A stretch of 64,000 nt of DNA from a virus: the IMG/VR virus record IMGVR_UViG_3300025122_000006; one strand, given 5' to 3'. The position numbers were made by a program, and so were the translations under genes. Under the pieces are notes generated by a model. The model saw only the letters and a list, made by a program, of their open reading frames with translations, was not told where the DNA came from and made no database searches. Below, one piece after another: positions 36,830 through 46,100 of the stretch (the stretch's first letter is position 1; every line of letters begins with the position of its first letter).

Positions 36830-36856
36830 ATCTCCTAGAAATTTCTGTTTCTTTAT

Positions 36857-36864
36857 TAAATAGT
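36857..36864 (-). promoter_or_regulatory. Putative late promoter ACTATTTA (scaffold-capsid operon)
   Basis: Recurrent motif 28 nt upstream of the start codon. Confidence 0.6.
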
Positions 36865-36973
36865 GTCAATAGAAAGAAAAGGAGAATATCCTTTAGTTTA
36901 GTCGATAAGACTTAGAAGCTGAAATCCGAAATATGATGACATATTTACCTGCAATATATATACCTCTGGTTTT

Positions 36974-39900
36974 TTAACTAGTCGGAGGAGTGATATCCCA
37001 ATAATATAAAACAGCTCTTACAACACCCTGAGTTGCTGTACCTGCTGTTTCTATAACTAAATCCTGCGCAGCATTAATACCCGCAGTCGCGCCTCCGGCT
37101 GCAGAATACGGGCCAGCAGATGTTATAGCCATCGACAGCAAATCATTCAATTCATCGAGCACACCGTTATTAAGAGCACCGCCGGAAGCATCACCACCGG
37201 CAAAAAGATCATCTATGGTATCGGTTCCAATCTTAGTTATGTGGTGTCCAGCCGAGATTGCTGTTGTGACTCGAATTGATAGCGCGAGTGGCATTGCCAA
37301 GGCTGGGAAAAAATTGCTGGACGTGGTTGTTGTTCCGGAGGTTGATATGGTTATCGCCACCTCCTTGATCGTCAGGGTCATTGCGGCACCGCTCTTGCCC
37401 TCGGCCGTCATGATGCCGACACCGGCATCGTTGCGCATGTACAGATTAGTAGCTCCCGTGGCGCTGGCGTGATTGTTGACGATGAACATCAGGTTCCGGG
37501 TATCTGCCTCAGCTGAGTTGGAATCCAGCCCAATCATATTGCCGGTCGTCAGCCCGTCGCACTGGATATCTATGGCGCGAGCTGTGGTGACAGCATCAGC
37601 AACAATATCAATAACGTCAGCATCGATGTTGGCTGCTTCGATGGACATTGCAATTTGGTCTGTATCATCATTATCGATAAGGAAAGCAGTGTCGCCTCCG
37701 GCGGAGCCTTGTTCAATTTCTAGCAAAGCACCGGGGGATGAGGTACCAACTCCAACACGATCATTTGCTGCGTCGGTTCTTAGCAAACCGTTTATGTTTG
37801 TGCCTCGAACCATAAAATCAATGTCGGCATTGGATTGATTAACTTGAACGGTAGTGGATGTCCCCGCGGCAGCGTCATTTCCTCCAATATGTAAAGCTTC
37901 GGTCAAAGTAGTATTGTGGTCTCCTACTGTACTACCGGTGTGACACATTACATAAAACTTAAGCTCTCCTGCTTCGTCATTGGCAGTGACATCAGAAGCT
38001 CGCGCTAAGATTTTTGCATATTGAGTAGAATTGTCCCCTGCATCAACACCATAGAAATCAATTTGCCCCAAAGACATGTCGTCAGCCTCGGCTGTTGCGT
38101 CTGATCTATTAAATTTTAAGATTGCTGGCTTGTCTGTGGCAACATTCGAATTCCTCAATTCCAAGATGGCTTCTGTGTTGGCAGCAGTGTCTTGAAACAA
38201 AACTGTTGGGCGACCAGAAGCCATGGCGGCATCATTACGGACAGCCAAAGAGATGCATCCTGTTGCTTCAGCGTTCTCATTAACGATCACAGCGAGAGCA
38301 CGATTGTCCGTTGATGGACTGGTCGATTCAAGCCGCAGCATTTGCCCAGTAGTCAAGGCGGAGGAGGTGATGTTAACAATATAGCCTGTTGTTACAGCGG
38401 CGGCTGTGATGTCGAGAACGTTTGCATCGATGTTAGCCGCATTGATATCAACTGCAATTTGATCCGTGTCGTTGCTGTTGAGCTGGAGCAGGGGCACACC
38501 GCCGTCGTTGGCGTTGGTGACCTCAAGCGTGGCGGCGACTGCGTCCGTGCTGTCCCCGATGGAGATGCGATTGCTGCTGCCCTCGACGAACAGCATGTGG
38601 CTCTCGCCGCTGGTCTCCACCCTGAAGTCCACGTCACCACCGCCGTCGTTGATTGTCACTGCGTCCTGTGCCGCCTCAACGAAGTGCATCATCTCCAGCC
38701 CACCAGCCTCGATGTACAGTGCGTCGGGGGTGAAATTCAGGCGGGTGTTTGCGTCCCCTGTGTGCCCAACGTACTGTGCCACGGTGAGCGTCCCGGCTAT
38801 GTCGCAGGCGGTTCCCACGTACAGCTTCTTGGCGATGGACACACCCCCCTCGACCCTAAGAGCACCGGTATCACCAGAGTTGTCCGAGGCATCTGTCGTG
38901 TTAGTTATATCCACGACGCCGACGAAGGTGCTGGACAGATCATCGGAGATGGTCAGTGCGGTAGCCAGGGCGTTGAGGGATGATCCAGAGCCTCCCTCGT
39001 TTGCCGTCTGGAATACGATGTCTCCTCCGGCACCGGAGCCCTTGCCCTGTCCGCCTGCTAGCGTCAGGGATCCACCGGCTATATTGTTGGTAGTGCCTGC
39101 CGTGGTCGTCCCAGCCTGTATGACGACGGCTGTTCCTGCTGTATCATGAGCAGCAGCCGAAGTCGTGAGTTTATCGAGGGCGGTTATTGTAAGATCTCCG
39201 CTCGAGAAGGACGCGTCTGACAAGTCGTCCAGTGCCACCGAGGCCGTAACGGACAGAACAGTACCGGAGGTGAGCTGGATGTCGTCGCCGGCATCGGTCG
39301 TAAAGTAGAGTTGGTTCGGGGCAGCGTCCCTGACCCAGAGCTGGCCATATGCCGCGGTATCCGAGACAGCGGCCGACTGCTCCTTCATCGATACGGATGC
39401 AACGAATTTCGCCGATCCAGCGTTTGTTAGCCTAAGAGTCTCAGTGCCATCATCTTGCTGGAAAATAATATCCTTGGCATTAACATTTTGTTTAATAAGA
39501 AAGTCGCTAGAGCTATTTGTAAATGTTGCAATAGCAGTGCCTCCGTCTTTAAATATAATATCCGCCCCATCAGCGTCAAGAATGATATCGTTAGCAGCGT
39601 CCAATGTAATGTCAGCAGTCATTCCACTTGTAAGTATTATATCTCCGCTGCCGGCAGCAACGCCGGAGCCAGATATTTCTAAAGCACTACTGTTGTTCTT
39701 GAATGCTCCGATTAAAACACCGCCATCTTTAAATAGAATATCTGCACCATCAGCATCAAGAATGATGTCGTTAGCAGCGTCCAATGTAATGTCAGCAGTC
39801 ATTCCACTTGTAAGTATTATATCTCCGCTGCCGGCAGCAACGCCGGAGCCAGATATTTCTAAAGCACTACTGTTGTTCTTGAATGCTCCGATTAAAACAC

Positions 39901-42253
39901 CGCCATCTTTAAATAGAATATCTGCACCGTCGGCGTCTAAAACGATATCGCCGGCAGAGTCTAGTGTAATTGTGGTTGCATCAACCTCAAAAGTGCCGTC
40001 TGCTGTGATTTGAATGTTCGCTGCCGCAGCATCATCGTCAGTTGTCTCGATTGTGAATGCGCCATGTTGTGCCATGGTCATAACAACCTTATCACCAGTA
40101 TCTTGATCATCATGAATGGTTAATGTTGTATTATCAACATCAAAATCAAAAATAGTTAATGTACCGTCGTCCATTGTGATATTGCCACCATCAGCAGAAA
40201 GAATGATATCATTAGCAGAGTCTAATGTAATGTCAGCAGCCATGCCGCTTGTAATTATAATGTCTGCTCTCGTTCCCTCTGAGTTGGGAGAAGAGCCAGA
40301 TAATTCTAAAGCAGCACTGTTATTTTTGATTGCCCCGATTAAAACACCGCCATCTTTAAATAGAAGGTCATTTCCCTGGGCGTCTAAAATAATATCTCCG
40401 GCAGAGTCTAGTGTAATTGTGGTTGCATCAACCTCAAAAGTGCCGTCTGCTGTGATTTGAATGTTCGCTGCCGCAGCATCATCATCGGTTGTGATAATTG
40501 AAAATGCTCCGTGTTGAGCCATAGTCATAACAACTTTATCACCAGTATCTTGGTCATCATGAATGGTAAATCTTGTATTATCAACATCAAAATCAAAAAT
40601 AGTTAATGTACCATCATCCATTGTAACATTGCCACCGTCAGCAGAAAGAATGATATCATTAGCAGCGTCCAATGTAATGTCAGCAGTCATTCCACTTGTA
40701 AGTATTATATCTCCGCTGCCGGCAGCAACGCCGGAGCCAGATATTTCTAAAGCATTACTGCTGTTCTTTAATGCTCCAATTAAAACGCCACCATCTTTAA
40801 ATAGAACATCAGCGCCGTCGGCATCAAGAATGATATCGCCAGCAGCATCCAACGTAATATCAGCACCACAGTCAATAGTAAGATTGCCGCCATCAGCTAC
40901 AACAAAAGAGGTTACATCAACTGCTTCTTCGCCATTATCAGCTACAAGAGTGAGCACCGCTCCCGTGTCCTGCCCAGCCGTCAATGTAATCCCTGAACCA
41001 CTTACATACAAACTACCGGTAAGTTCATGACCGCTGACGCTGCTGAATTTTGCATATTGAGTTCCGCCATCTTTAAATGTGATATCCGCCCCATCAGCAT
41101 CGAGAATGATGTCCCCACCAGCATCAAGTAAAATATCCACGCCGGAAACTAAATTAATATCTGCACCATTGAAATGCTTCAGATCTGCTCCGTCGGAGTG
41201 AATGTAAGTACCTGACCCTCCAAATTCAATTTTCTTCGTTCCAGCCATCAATAATGAATTCGCGGAAGTGTCAAAACGAGCGATTTCAGTAGAAGTGTTA
41301 GCATGGAAGATTATATCTTTATTTGTAACTGACGATGAAAGAATTGCATCGCCACCGATTGATGCGGTCAAAACAAGAACATTTGTGCCGCCTCTACTGA
41401 AGGAAACGTCTCCTCCCTGTCCTGCTCCAAAATCAAGCTTCAGCTTACGAGAAGACACAATATCTAAATCGGTACCATCACCACCAATATATTCTCCAGT
41501 ATTTCCAAATTGAATTTTTTGGCTAGAAGCAACGAACGTTGTACCAGACAGGTTTATATTACCGCCATCAAATAATTGAAATACAGAAGTGGTTCCATCT
41601 AGTAAATCTAAAATTTTTCCGGTACCATCTTGTCTAACCGCTAAAGCAGGTTGAGTATTTGAGGTGTGGTCATCGTGGATGAAAGTCAGGGGAGCTGCAC
41701 CAGCTTCAGCGATATTTCTGGTAAATTTGGCAGCATAACCATTTGTAATATCTTGAGAGCAATAAAGTGGTCTATATCCTAAAATATAAACAGCCGGATG
41801 ACTGGTTGATTCAGAATCAATATAAAGAGCATTGTAGCCGCCAGTTTCATCAAAATCAATATTTATTCCTTTGATGTTCTCCGTATCAGCAACTCTTATG
41901 TCCAATTTGGTAGTTGGCTGGGTGCTTACAGATGAAGCAATTGCTACTTTTCCAACAAAAATGTGTGTATCGTCAGTTGTATCACCAAATTCGGTGGATC
42001 CCGTCGCTGAGATATTTGTTATAGTTTTGTTATGGTGATTAACATTGATTATATCAGCATTAATAGTGCCGCTAACAAACATGGCTCCCGTGAGAAACAA
42101 TTCAGAATTACAATGATCCCAAATTAAATTTCTACTGCCGGATAGCGTAGTGCCGCCCGTTGACCACTGTAGAGAGCCGGAGCAAGAGGTTCCGTGACCA
42201 CCTGATCCGCTTATAATATTTGATGGTACATATGCCCAGCCGAATTCTGCCAT
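36974..42253 (-). CDS. Large repetitive fibre / receptor-binding virion protein (1759 aa)
   Basis: Beta-rich, G/S/T/D-rich; ITLDAAGDIILDADGADILFKDGG repeats; VDFRVE and RVGVGTSSP fibre motifs. Confidence 0.8.
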   Translation of the reverse strand: MAEFGWAYVPSNIISGSGGHGTSCSGSLQWSTGGTTLSGSRNLIWDHCNSELFLTGAMFVSGTINADIINVNHHNKTITNISATGSTEFGDTTDDTHIFVGKVAIASSVSTQPTTKLDIRVADTENIKGINIDFDETGGYNALYIDSESTSHPAVYILGYRPLYCSQDITNGYAAKFTRNIAEAGAAPLTFIHDDHTSNTQPALAVRQDGTGKILDLLDGTTSVFQLFDGGNINLSGTTFVASSQKIQFGNTGEYIGGDGTDLDIVSSRKLKLDFGAGQGGDVSFSRGGTNVLVLTASIGGDAILSSSVTNKDIIFHANTSTEIARFDTSANSLLMAGTKKIEFGGSGTYIHSDGADLKHFNGADINLVSGVDILLDAGGDIILDADGADITFKDGGTQYAKFSSVSGHELTGSLYVSGSGITLTAGQDTGAVLTLVADNGEEAVDVTSFVVADGGNLTIDCGADITLDAAGDIILDADGADVLFKDGGVLIGALKNSSNALEISGSGVAAGSGDIILTSGMTADITLDAANDIILSADGGNVTMDDGTLTIFDFDVDNTRFTIHDDQDTGDKVVMTMAQHGAFSIITTDDDAAAANIQITADGTFEVDATTITLDSAGDIILDAQGNDLLFKDGGVLIGAIKNNSAALELSGSSPNSEGTRADIIITSGMAADITLDSANDIILSADGGNITMDDGTLTIFDFDVDNTTLTIHDDQDTGDKVVMTMAQHGAFTIETTDDDAAAANIQITADGTFEVDATTITLDSAGDIVLDADGADILFKDGGVLIGAFKNNSSALEISGSGVAAGSGDIILTSGMTADITLDAANDIILDADGADILFKDGGVLIGAFKNNSSALEISGSGVAAGSGDIILTSGMTADITLDAANDIILDADGADIIFKDGGTAIATFTNSSSDFLIKQNVNAKDIIFQQDDGTETLRLTNAGSAKFVASVSMKEQSAAVSDTAAYGQLWVRDAAPNQLYFTTDAGDDIQLTSGTVLSVTASVALDDLSDASFSSGDLTITALDKLTTSAAAHDTAGTAVVIQAGTTTAGTTNNIAGGSLTLAGGQGKGSGAGGDIVFQTANEGGSGSSLNALATALTISDDLSSTFVGVVDITNTTDASDNSGDTGALRVEGGVSIAKKLYVGTACDIAGTLTVAQYVGHTGDANTRLNFTPDALYIEAGGLEMMHFVEAAQDAVTINDGGGDVDFRVETSGESHMLFVEGSSNRISIGDSTDAVAATLEVTNANDGGVPLLQLNSNDTDQIAVDINAANIDANVLDITAAAVTTGYIVNITSSALTTGQMLRLESTSPSTDNRALAVIVNENAEATGCISLAVRNDAAMASGRPTVLFQDTAANTEAILELRNSNVATDKPAILKFNRSDATAEADDMSLGQIDFYGVDAGDNSTQYAKILARASDVTANDEAGELKFYVMCHTGSTVGDHNTTLTEALHIGGNDAAAGTSTTVQVNQSNADIDFMVRGTNINGLLRTDAANDRVGVGTSSPGALLEIEQGSAGGDTAFLIDNDDTDQIAMSIEAANIDADVIDIVADAVTTARAIDIQCDGLTTGNMIGLDSNSAEADTRNLMFIVNNHASATGATNLYMRNDAGVGIMTAEGKSGAAMTLTIKEVAITISTSGTTTTSSNFFPALAMPLALSIRVTTAISAGHHITKIGTDTIDDLFAGGDASGGALNNGVLDELNDLLSMAITSAGPYSAAGGATAGINAAQDLVIETAGTATQGVVRAVLYYWDITPPTS
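39560..40870. repeat. Intragenic direct repeats in the fibre gene: near-identical 180-bp tandem units plus a longer duplication offset by 447 bp
   Basis: The lines starting at 39601/39781 and 39661/39841 are identical, with a third copy near 40670. CCGGCAGAGTCTAGTGTAATTGTGGTTGCATCAACC occurs at 39951 and 40398. Confidence 0.9.
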
Positions 42254-42275
42254 TTAAAAACTCCCCATTAAATCA

Positions 42276-43100
42276 TTATACCGCGCTGTCATCTATAGAT
42301 CTCCAGGCGGAACCATTGTATAAGTTAAGCTTGTTCGTGGTAATGTTATAGATCAAGCAACCGCCGGCTTGTTTAGTAAGGGCATCTCTTTGTGTTGTTG
42401 TCATTCTAGGTGCCGGTATTGAAGAAGAAAGTACAGTTACAACTTGAACTAGAGCATTGATATTTTGATCAGGCTGCGAGCCGAATCCAACTTGATTAGT
42501 TTCACAACGTGTGCGAATCAGATTATTCACATCTTGTCCTCGAACAATGAAATCAACATCGGCTGCATTTTGGCGATTGATTTGCAAAGCGAAGGCGCGT
42601 TGCCCGGCAGCCGTGTCTTCCATTCCAAAAACCATACATTCCGTAAGAGAAGAATTGCCGTGCCTTCCTCCGATCATAGCAGAGAAAACAACTTCGCCGG
42701 CTTCATCATCTACAGTAACATCAGAACTGTATGCTGAAATGCTAGCATACTTTATTGCAGCATTTGCTGCATTATGTCCATAAAATTCAATTGAACCCAG
42801 TGCCATGTCATCTGCCTCGGCTGTTGTGTCTGCTCTATTAAATCTTAAGATTGGTGGTTTATCTGTTGCAGCATTTGAATTTCTTAATTCAAGCAATGGG
42901 TTGGTTTCAGCAGCAGTGCTTTCAACAACCACGGTTCCCTCTGCAGCGATGGCATCGTTTCTGACATATAGGGGCCTCGCAGCGACAGCATCTACGTGAT
43001 TAGTAATGACAGATACAACATTGCGAGCGCTCGTGCTATCACTGTTATCGTCAACTGCCAAATATGGCGGATTTGTTCTTGATGGTTTAAAGCTTCCCAT
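42276..43100 (-). CDS. Short fibre-related protein paralogous to part of the large fibre
   Basis: LELRNSNAATDKPPILRFNRADTTAEADDMALGSIEFYG versus LELRNSNVATDKPAILKFNRSDATAEADDMSLGQIDFYG in the fibre; C-terminal PRMTTTQRDAL...GCLIYNITTNKLNLYNGSAW fibre knob motif. Confidence 0.75.
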   Translation of the reverse strand: MGSFKPSRTNPPYLAVDDNSDSTSARNVVSVITNHVDAVAARPLYVRNDAIAAEGTVVVESTAAETNPLLELRNSNAATDKPPILRFNRADTTAEADDMALGSIEFYGHNAANAAIKYASISAYSSDVTVDDEAGEVVFSAMIGGRHGNSSLTECMVFGMEDTAAGQRAFALQINRQNAADVDFIVRGQDVNNLIRTRCETNQVGFGSQPDQNINALVQVVTVLSSSIPAPRMTTTQRDALTKQAGGCLIYNITTNKLNLYNGSAWRSIDDSAV

Positions 43101-43119
43101 TATTTATCTCCTAATTTTG

Positions 43120-43332
43120 TCATAATTGAAATGTTTGTCCAGCAACACCATCATCAAACATCGTTAATGTTTGTCCGCTAGCGTGAGTCTTAAATAAGTT
43201 GCCATTTGCAACCGAAGGAGTGGTATCAGATGCACTAAAAGTTACAAAAGTTTCAGATGTTCCGCTAAATGATGATCTTCCTCCCACCGTTAAGGATGGC
43301 AATTTTGTTCTTGATGGTGTAAATATTCCCAT
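43120..43332 (-). CDS. Short, possibly truncated fibre-module paralog
   Basis: N-terminus MGIFTPSRTKLPSLTV parallels MGSFKPSRTNPPYLAV of the next gene; ends abruptly after 70 aa. Confidence 0.5.
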   Translation of the reverse strand: MGIFTPSRTKLPSLTVGGRSSFSGTSETFVTFSASDTTPSVANGNLFKTHASGQTLTMFDDGVAGQTFQL

Positions 43333-43347
43333 AGTTTATCCCCATTA

Positions 43348-43809
43348 TTAACTCGTTATCCCGGATCCTGTTAGCGTATACATACTTCCGGTTGGTATTT
43401 GTGTTAATTCCGCAAATACTTGGTAACTCAAATCATCATTGCCTGATCGATTTGAGATATACAAAAATTTAGATTTCACATCCATAGTAAGAGAAGCATT
43501 CCCGGCTGGAATCGTTATATAATTATTGTTCTTTGCTACGTCTGAAGTAGCGGTGATGGTACCAATACCTCCGCCTTTTGGTGAAGCAGTAATCGGGGAT
43601 CCCTCCGAAAAATGAATATCTAAATCATACCCATTCGTTGTTGAAGTATTAATAACCGTTATGGACTTTGTTACATATGGAAATGAAATTCTGTGAACTT
43701 TTCCATCATCTAAGTTCGCTGAACCCGTCATAAACGGGGTTCCGGAAACTTGATAAGACCCTACATTTCTTAATCCTACATATCCGTGTTGACTTGTATA
43801 AGTTGCCAT
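43348..43809 (-). CDS. Hypothetical virion protein
   Basis: VGLRNVGSYQVSGTPF...ISFPYVTKSITVIN...AELTQIP...LTGSGI; ACTAATTA at 43828-43835. Confidence 0.6.
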   Translation of the reverse strand: MATYTSQHGYVGLRNVGSYQVSGTPFMTGSANLDDGKVHRISFPYVTKSITVINTSTTNGYDLDIHFSEGSPITASPKGGGIGTITATSDVAKNNNYITIPAGNASLTMDVKSKFLYISNRSGNDDLSYQVFAELTQIPTGSMYTLTGSGITS

Positions 43810-43842
43810 AATAATTCTCCTGCAAATTAATTAGTTTTCAAA

Positions 43843-44058
43843 TTAATTTTGTTGCTTCTCCCTTTTGCGTTGTTCTTTTTTGTGTCTTGCAATTGCTCGT
43901 TTTTTTGCTAATCTTTTTTTGGTGGTCGGTTTCGTATAATAACGTTTTTCTTTAAATTCGTCAATAATACCAAGTTTCTTGCATTTCTTTATAAATCGTT
44001 TTATAAAACGATTTGGGTCTTCATTTTTTCTTGGCTTTTCTATATGATTTATAGACAT
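43843..44058 (-). CDS. rpsU: Ribosomal protein bS21
   Basis: 71 aa, basic; NEDPNRFIKRFIKKCKKLGIIDEFKEKRYYTKPTTKKRLAKKRA matches the bS21 consensus (ExxExALRRFKKxxxKxGIxxExRxRxxYEKPS). Confidence 0.88.
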   Translation of the reverse strand: MSINHIEKPRKNEDPNRFIKRFIKKCKKLGIIDEFKEKRYYTKPTTKKRLAKKRAIARHKKEQRKREKQQN

Positions 44059-44059
44059 T

Positions 44060-44485
44060 TTAATTTCCTGCTAATTTTTTCCAATGTTTACGTGACCCAA
44101 AACTGGAAATATCAATCCCAGGATCACTAGGCGCCATGCCGTCAAGTGCGCTTGATCCATACGGAGAAGAGGGGGATCTTGGAGCCGACATAGGTGTGGT
44201 TCCTTCAAAAATATTTACACCATTGTAAGTGTCTTTTCCGATTGCATCAAGAATTTTTTTTCTATTTTCTTGGAGTTGATTTTGTTTTTTTTGTCTTCGT
44301 GTTTTCGCCTCTTCATCAGATTCAAGTGTAGGTTTTTGTTTTGTTTCATAAACCATTTGTTTCGTAGAAGTTCCTCTTATAACTTCAGAAATAATAGTTG
44401 AAAGAGTGCCTTCTTCAAAAATAACTTCTTTAATGCACTCTTTAATTAACGGTTTCAAAATTTTTTTTAATTCTTCTTTTTTCAT
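44060..44485 (-). CDS. Hypothetical head-module protein (MKKEELKKILKPLIKECIKE)
   Basis: GAGG RBS; between the protease region and bS21; leader-like start. Confidence 0.6.
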   Translation of the reverse strand: MKKEELKKILKPLIKECIKEVIFEEGTLSTIISEVIRGTSTKQMVYETKQKPTLESDEEAKTRRQKKQNQLQENRKKILDAIGKDTYNGVNIFEGTTPMSAPRSPSSPYGSSALDGMAPSDPGIDISSFGSRKHWKKLAGN

Positions 44486-44493
44486 TAGAACCT

Positions 44494-44796
44494 CTATTGT
44501 TTATATTGACTGTAGGAATGTCTTTCTGCTTGGAAGGCACCTTGGATTTTTGCAATCTCGACTTCTATTATAGAAATACTTTGACCAAGCCCAGATAGAT
44601 TAGACTCATCATCAGCTGAATACTCATGAGTCGTTTCACTGCCGGCGATTAGTTTGAGTTGTTCGGTTGCTTCTTTTAATTTATCAATTGCTTCTTGCGC
44701 CTTTGCTTGTTCCGATGCAACCTGTTCCTCTGGATAAAAATTTTCTTTTAATTCTTCCTTTATAATTTGAGTTAATCTTTTTTTACTGATCTTCAC
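44494..44796 (-). CDS. Leader-family protein (MKISKKRLTQIIKEEL)
   Basis: Shared N-terminal motif; GTG start just after the protease stop. Confidence 0.65.
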   Translation of the reverse strand: MKISKKRLTQIIKEELKENFYPEEQVASEQAKAQEAIDKLKEATEQLKLIAGSETTHEYSADDESNLSGLGQSISIIEVEIAKIQGAFQAERHSYSQYKQ

Positions 44797-44798
44797 AA

Positions 44799-45407
44799 TT
44801 AATCCCCCAAAATCTTTTTAAATAAATCATTGATACTATTCTCTTTAACCTCACGAAGGCGAGTCGTCATGGAACTTTGGCCACTTGGATAAACATATGC
44901 GTCTGGAGTCGAAGGCTCCGATACTATATCAAAGCAAATCAATTGAAAATCATTCTCAACAACAGTTTGTCCAGCGCTTTCTTTAACAGACCCCAAGCCT
45001 CTAGACGAAATACCAAGTTTAACTCCGGCATTAATAAGATCTTTAAGAATCCGGCCAGAAGGAGTATCGAGAACTTTGAGTTTACCCATCACATTTTTAC
45101 CTTCCCACCAAATATCAGTTGCAATGTGAGAAACATTTTTAAGATTAACAACAGAATCATCCGGGTGATCTAATTCTCCACACGCACGACTGTCTTTAAC
45201 AATCTTCATATAATTATCCATTTCTCTTTTAAGAACTTCATAGGGGTAAACACGACCATTCCCATTTTGTTTATCGGCGGTCTGAAGCTTTCCCGACAAA
45301 TAAAGAACGCCATTTTGCACTTCTCTTCTTTCTTTCTCGGACAGAAGATCTTGGCAAACACCGCCTTCACATAAGGCATAAAATTCTCGTAATAGTTTCT
45401 TTTTCAT
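44799..45407 (-). CDS. Prohead maturation protease (T4 gp21-like)
   Basis: NGNGRVYP, GELDHPD, VSH, LDTPSGRILK and GISSRGLGSV (catalytic Ser), plus FDIVSEPSTPDAY. Confidence 0.95.
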   Translation of the reverse strand: MKKKLLREFYALCEGGVCQDLLSEKERREVQNGVLYLSGKLQTADKQNGNGRVYPYEVLKREMDNYMKIVKDSRACGELDHPDDSVVNLKNVSHIATDIWWEGKNVMGKLKVLDTPSGRILKDLINAGVKLGISSRGLGSVKESAGQTVVENDFQLICFDIVSEPSTPDAYVYPSGQSSMTTRLREVKENSINDLFKKILGD

Positions 45408-45408
45408 T

Positions 45409-45636
45409 TTATCCTTTACATGCGTCCAATCTATTGTTAATCGTGTCTATAATCATCATCTTCATACCCGGATCGGTGGAACGATCATTTTGGATTTCGG
45501 CTTTGAGCCATTCTCCATCTTCGATTAATTCATCGCAGGAATAATCATAAATTTCATCAACGGTATAACTTTCTTTCAAAGTTTTACCAAGTTCTTCTTT
45601 AATAAGTTGAATTAATTTTCTTTTTGTAATTTTCAT
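45409..45636 (-). CDS. Leader-family protein (MKITKRKLIQLIKEEL)
   Basis: Shared N-terminal motif; GAGGA RBS. Confidence 0.65.
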   Translation of the reverse strand: MKITKRKLIQLIKEELGKTLKESYTVDEIYDYSCDELIEDGEWLKAEIQNDRSTDPGMKMMIIDTINNRLDACKG

Positions 45637-45680
45637 TTTCTTTCCTCAAATAAAAGACTTGCCGGCGCTACCGGCGCGAT

Positions 45681-45740
45681 TCACTTTCCGCTGCAGCAAC
45701 GGCGAACGGGCTGAAACATCCATCGTTTAATCGTCAACAT
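45681..45740 (-). CDS. Mini-ORF MLTIKRWMFQPVRRCCSGK* (19 aa; 35 aa, ending at 45633, if UGA is read through)
   Basis: Strong AGGAGGT RBS just before the ATG; the UGA is followed by a GC hairpin. Confidence 0.5.
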   Translation of the reverse strand: MLTIKRWMFQPVRRCCSGK

Positions 45741-46056
45741 AATCACCTCCTGATCTCGACGATACTCTCAAACCAAAGTCATCGACGATCATCGAGAGTA
45801 AATAAGTTGTCCCGCTTCCCAAACAAGATAGGCAGAACATATTCCCTAAAGAATATTCAAATGTAAATAGTTCTGTATAGTCATTTATACAAAATAAAAA
45901 CATCGATGCCCAAAAGCCCATGCACAATGTACAGTGAAAAAGCCAAGTCCATTTTTTGCTTGGATCTTTTTTTGGTCTTATATTACTGAAGATAGACCCA
46001 TAGACCAGAATAAAAGTAAGCCCATAAGCAGTCAAAATAAAATTTAATAAATTCAT
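45727..46056 (-). CDS. Membrane protein with a CxxCxGxW motif (DUF1360-like)
   Basis: Three hydrophobic segments; LFHCTLCMGFW; GAGGT RBS. Confidence 0.65.
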   Translation of the reverse strand: MNLLNFILTAYGLTFILVYGSIFSNIRPKKDPSKKWTWLFHCTLCMGFWASMFLFCINDYTELFTFEYSLGNMFCLSCLGSGTTYLLSMIVDDFGLRVSSRSGGDYVDD

Positions 46057-46100
46057 ATTACCTCATCTTAAACCATTTTTTGAACTCTTCAGGGGCTTCA

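Noticed and set aside
36865-36973. Intergenic stretch after the fibre gene as a possible ncRNA or small ORF
   Set aside because: No convincing stem-loops or RBS-backed ORF could be found by eye.
39560-40870. Possible CRISPR array or DGR template/variable repeat
   Set aside because: The repeats are long, in-frame coding duplications with no unique spacers. Differences are mostly synonymous rather than adenine-specific, and no cas or reverse transcriptase gene is present in the window.
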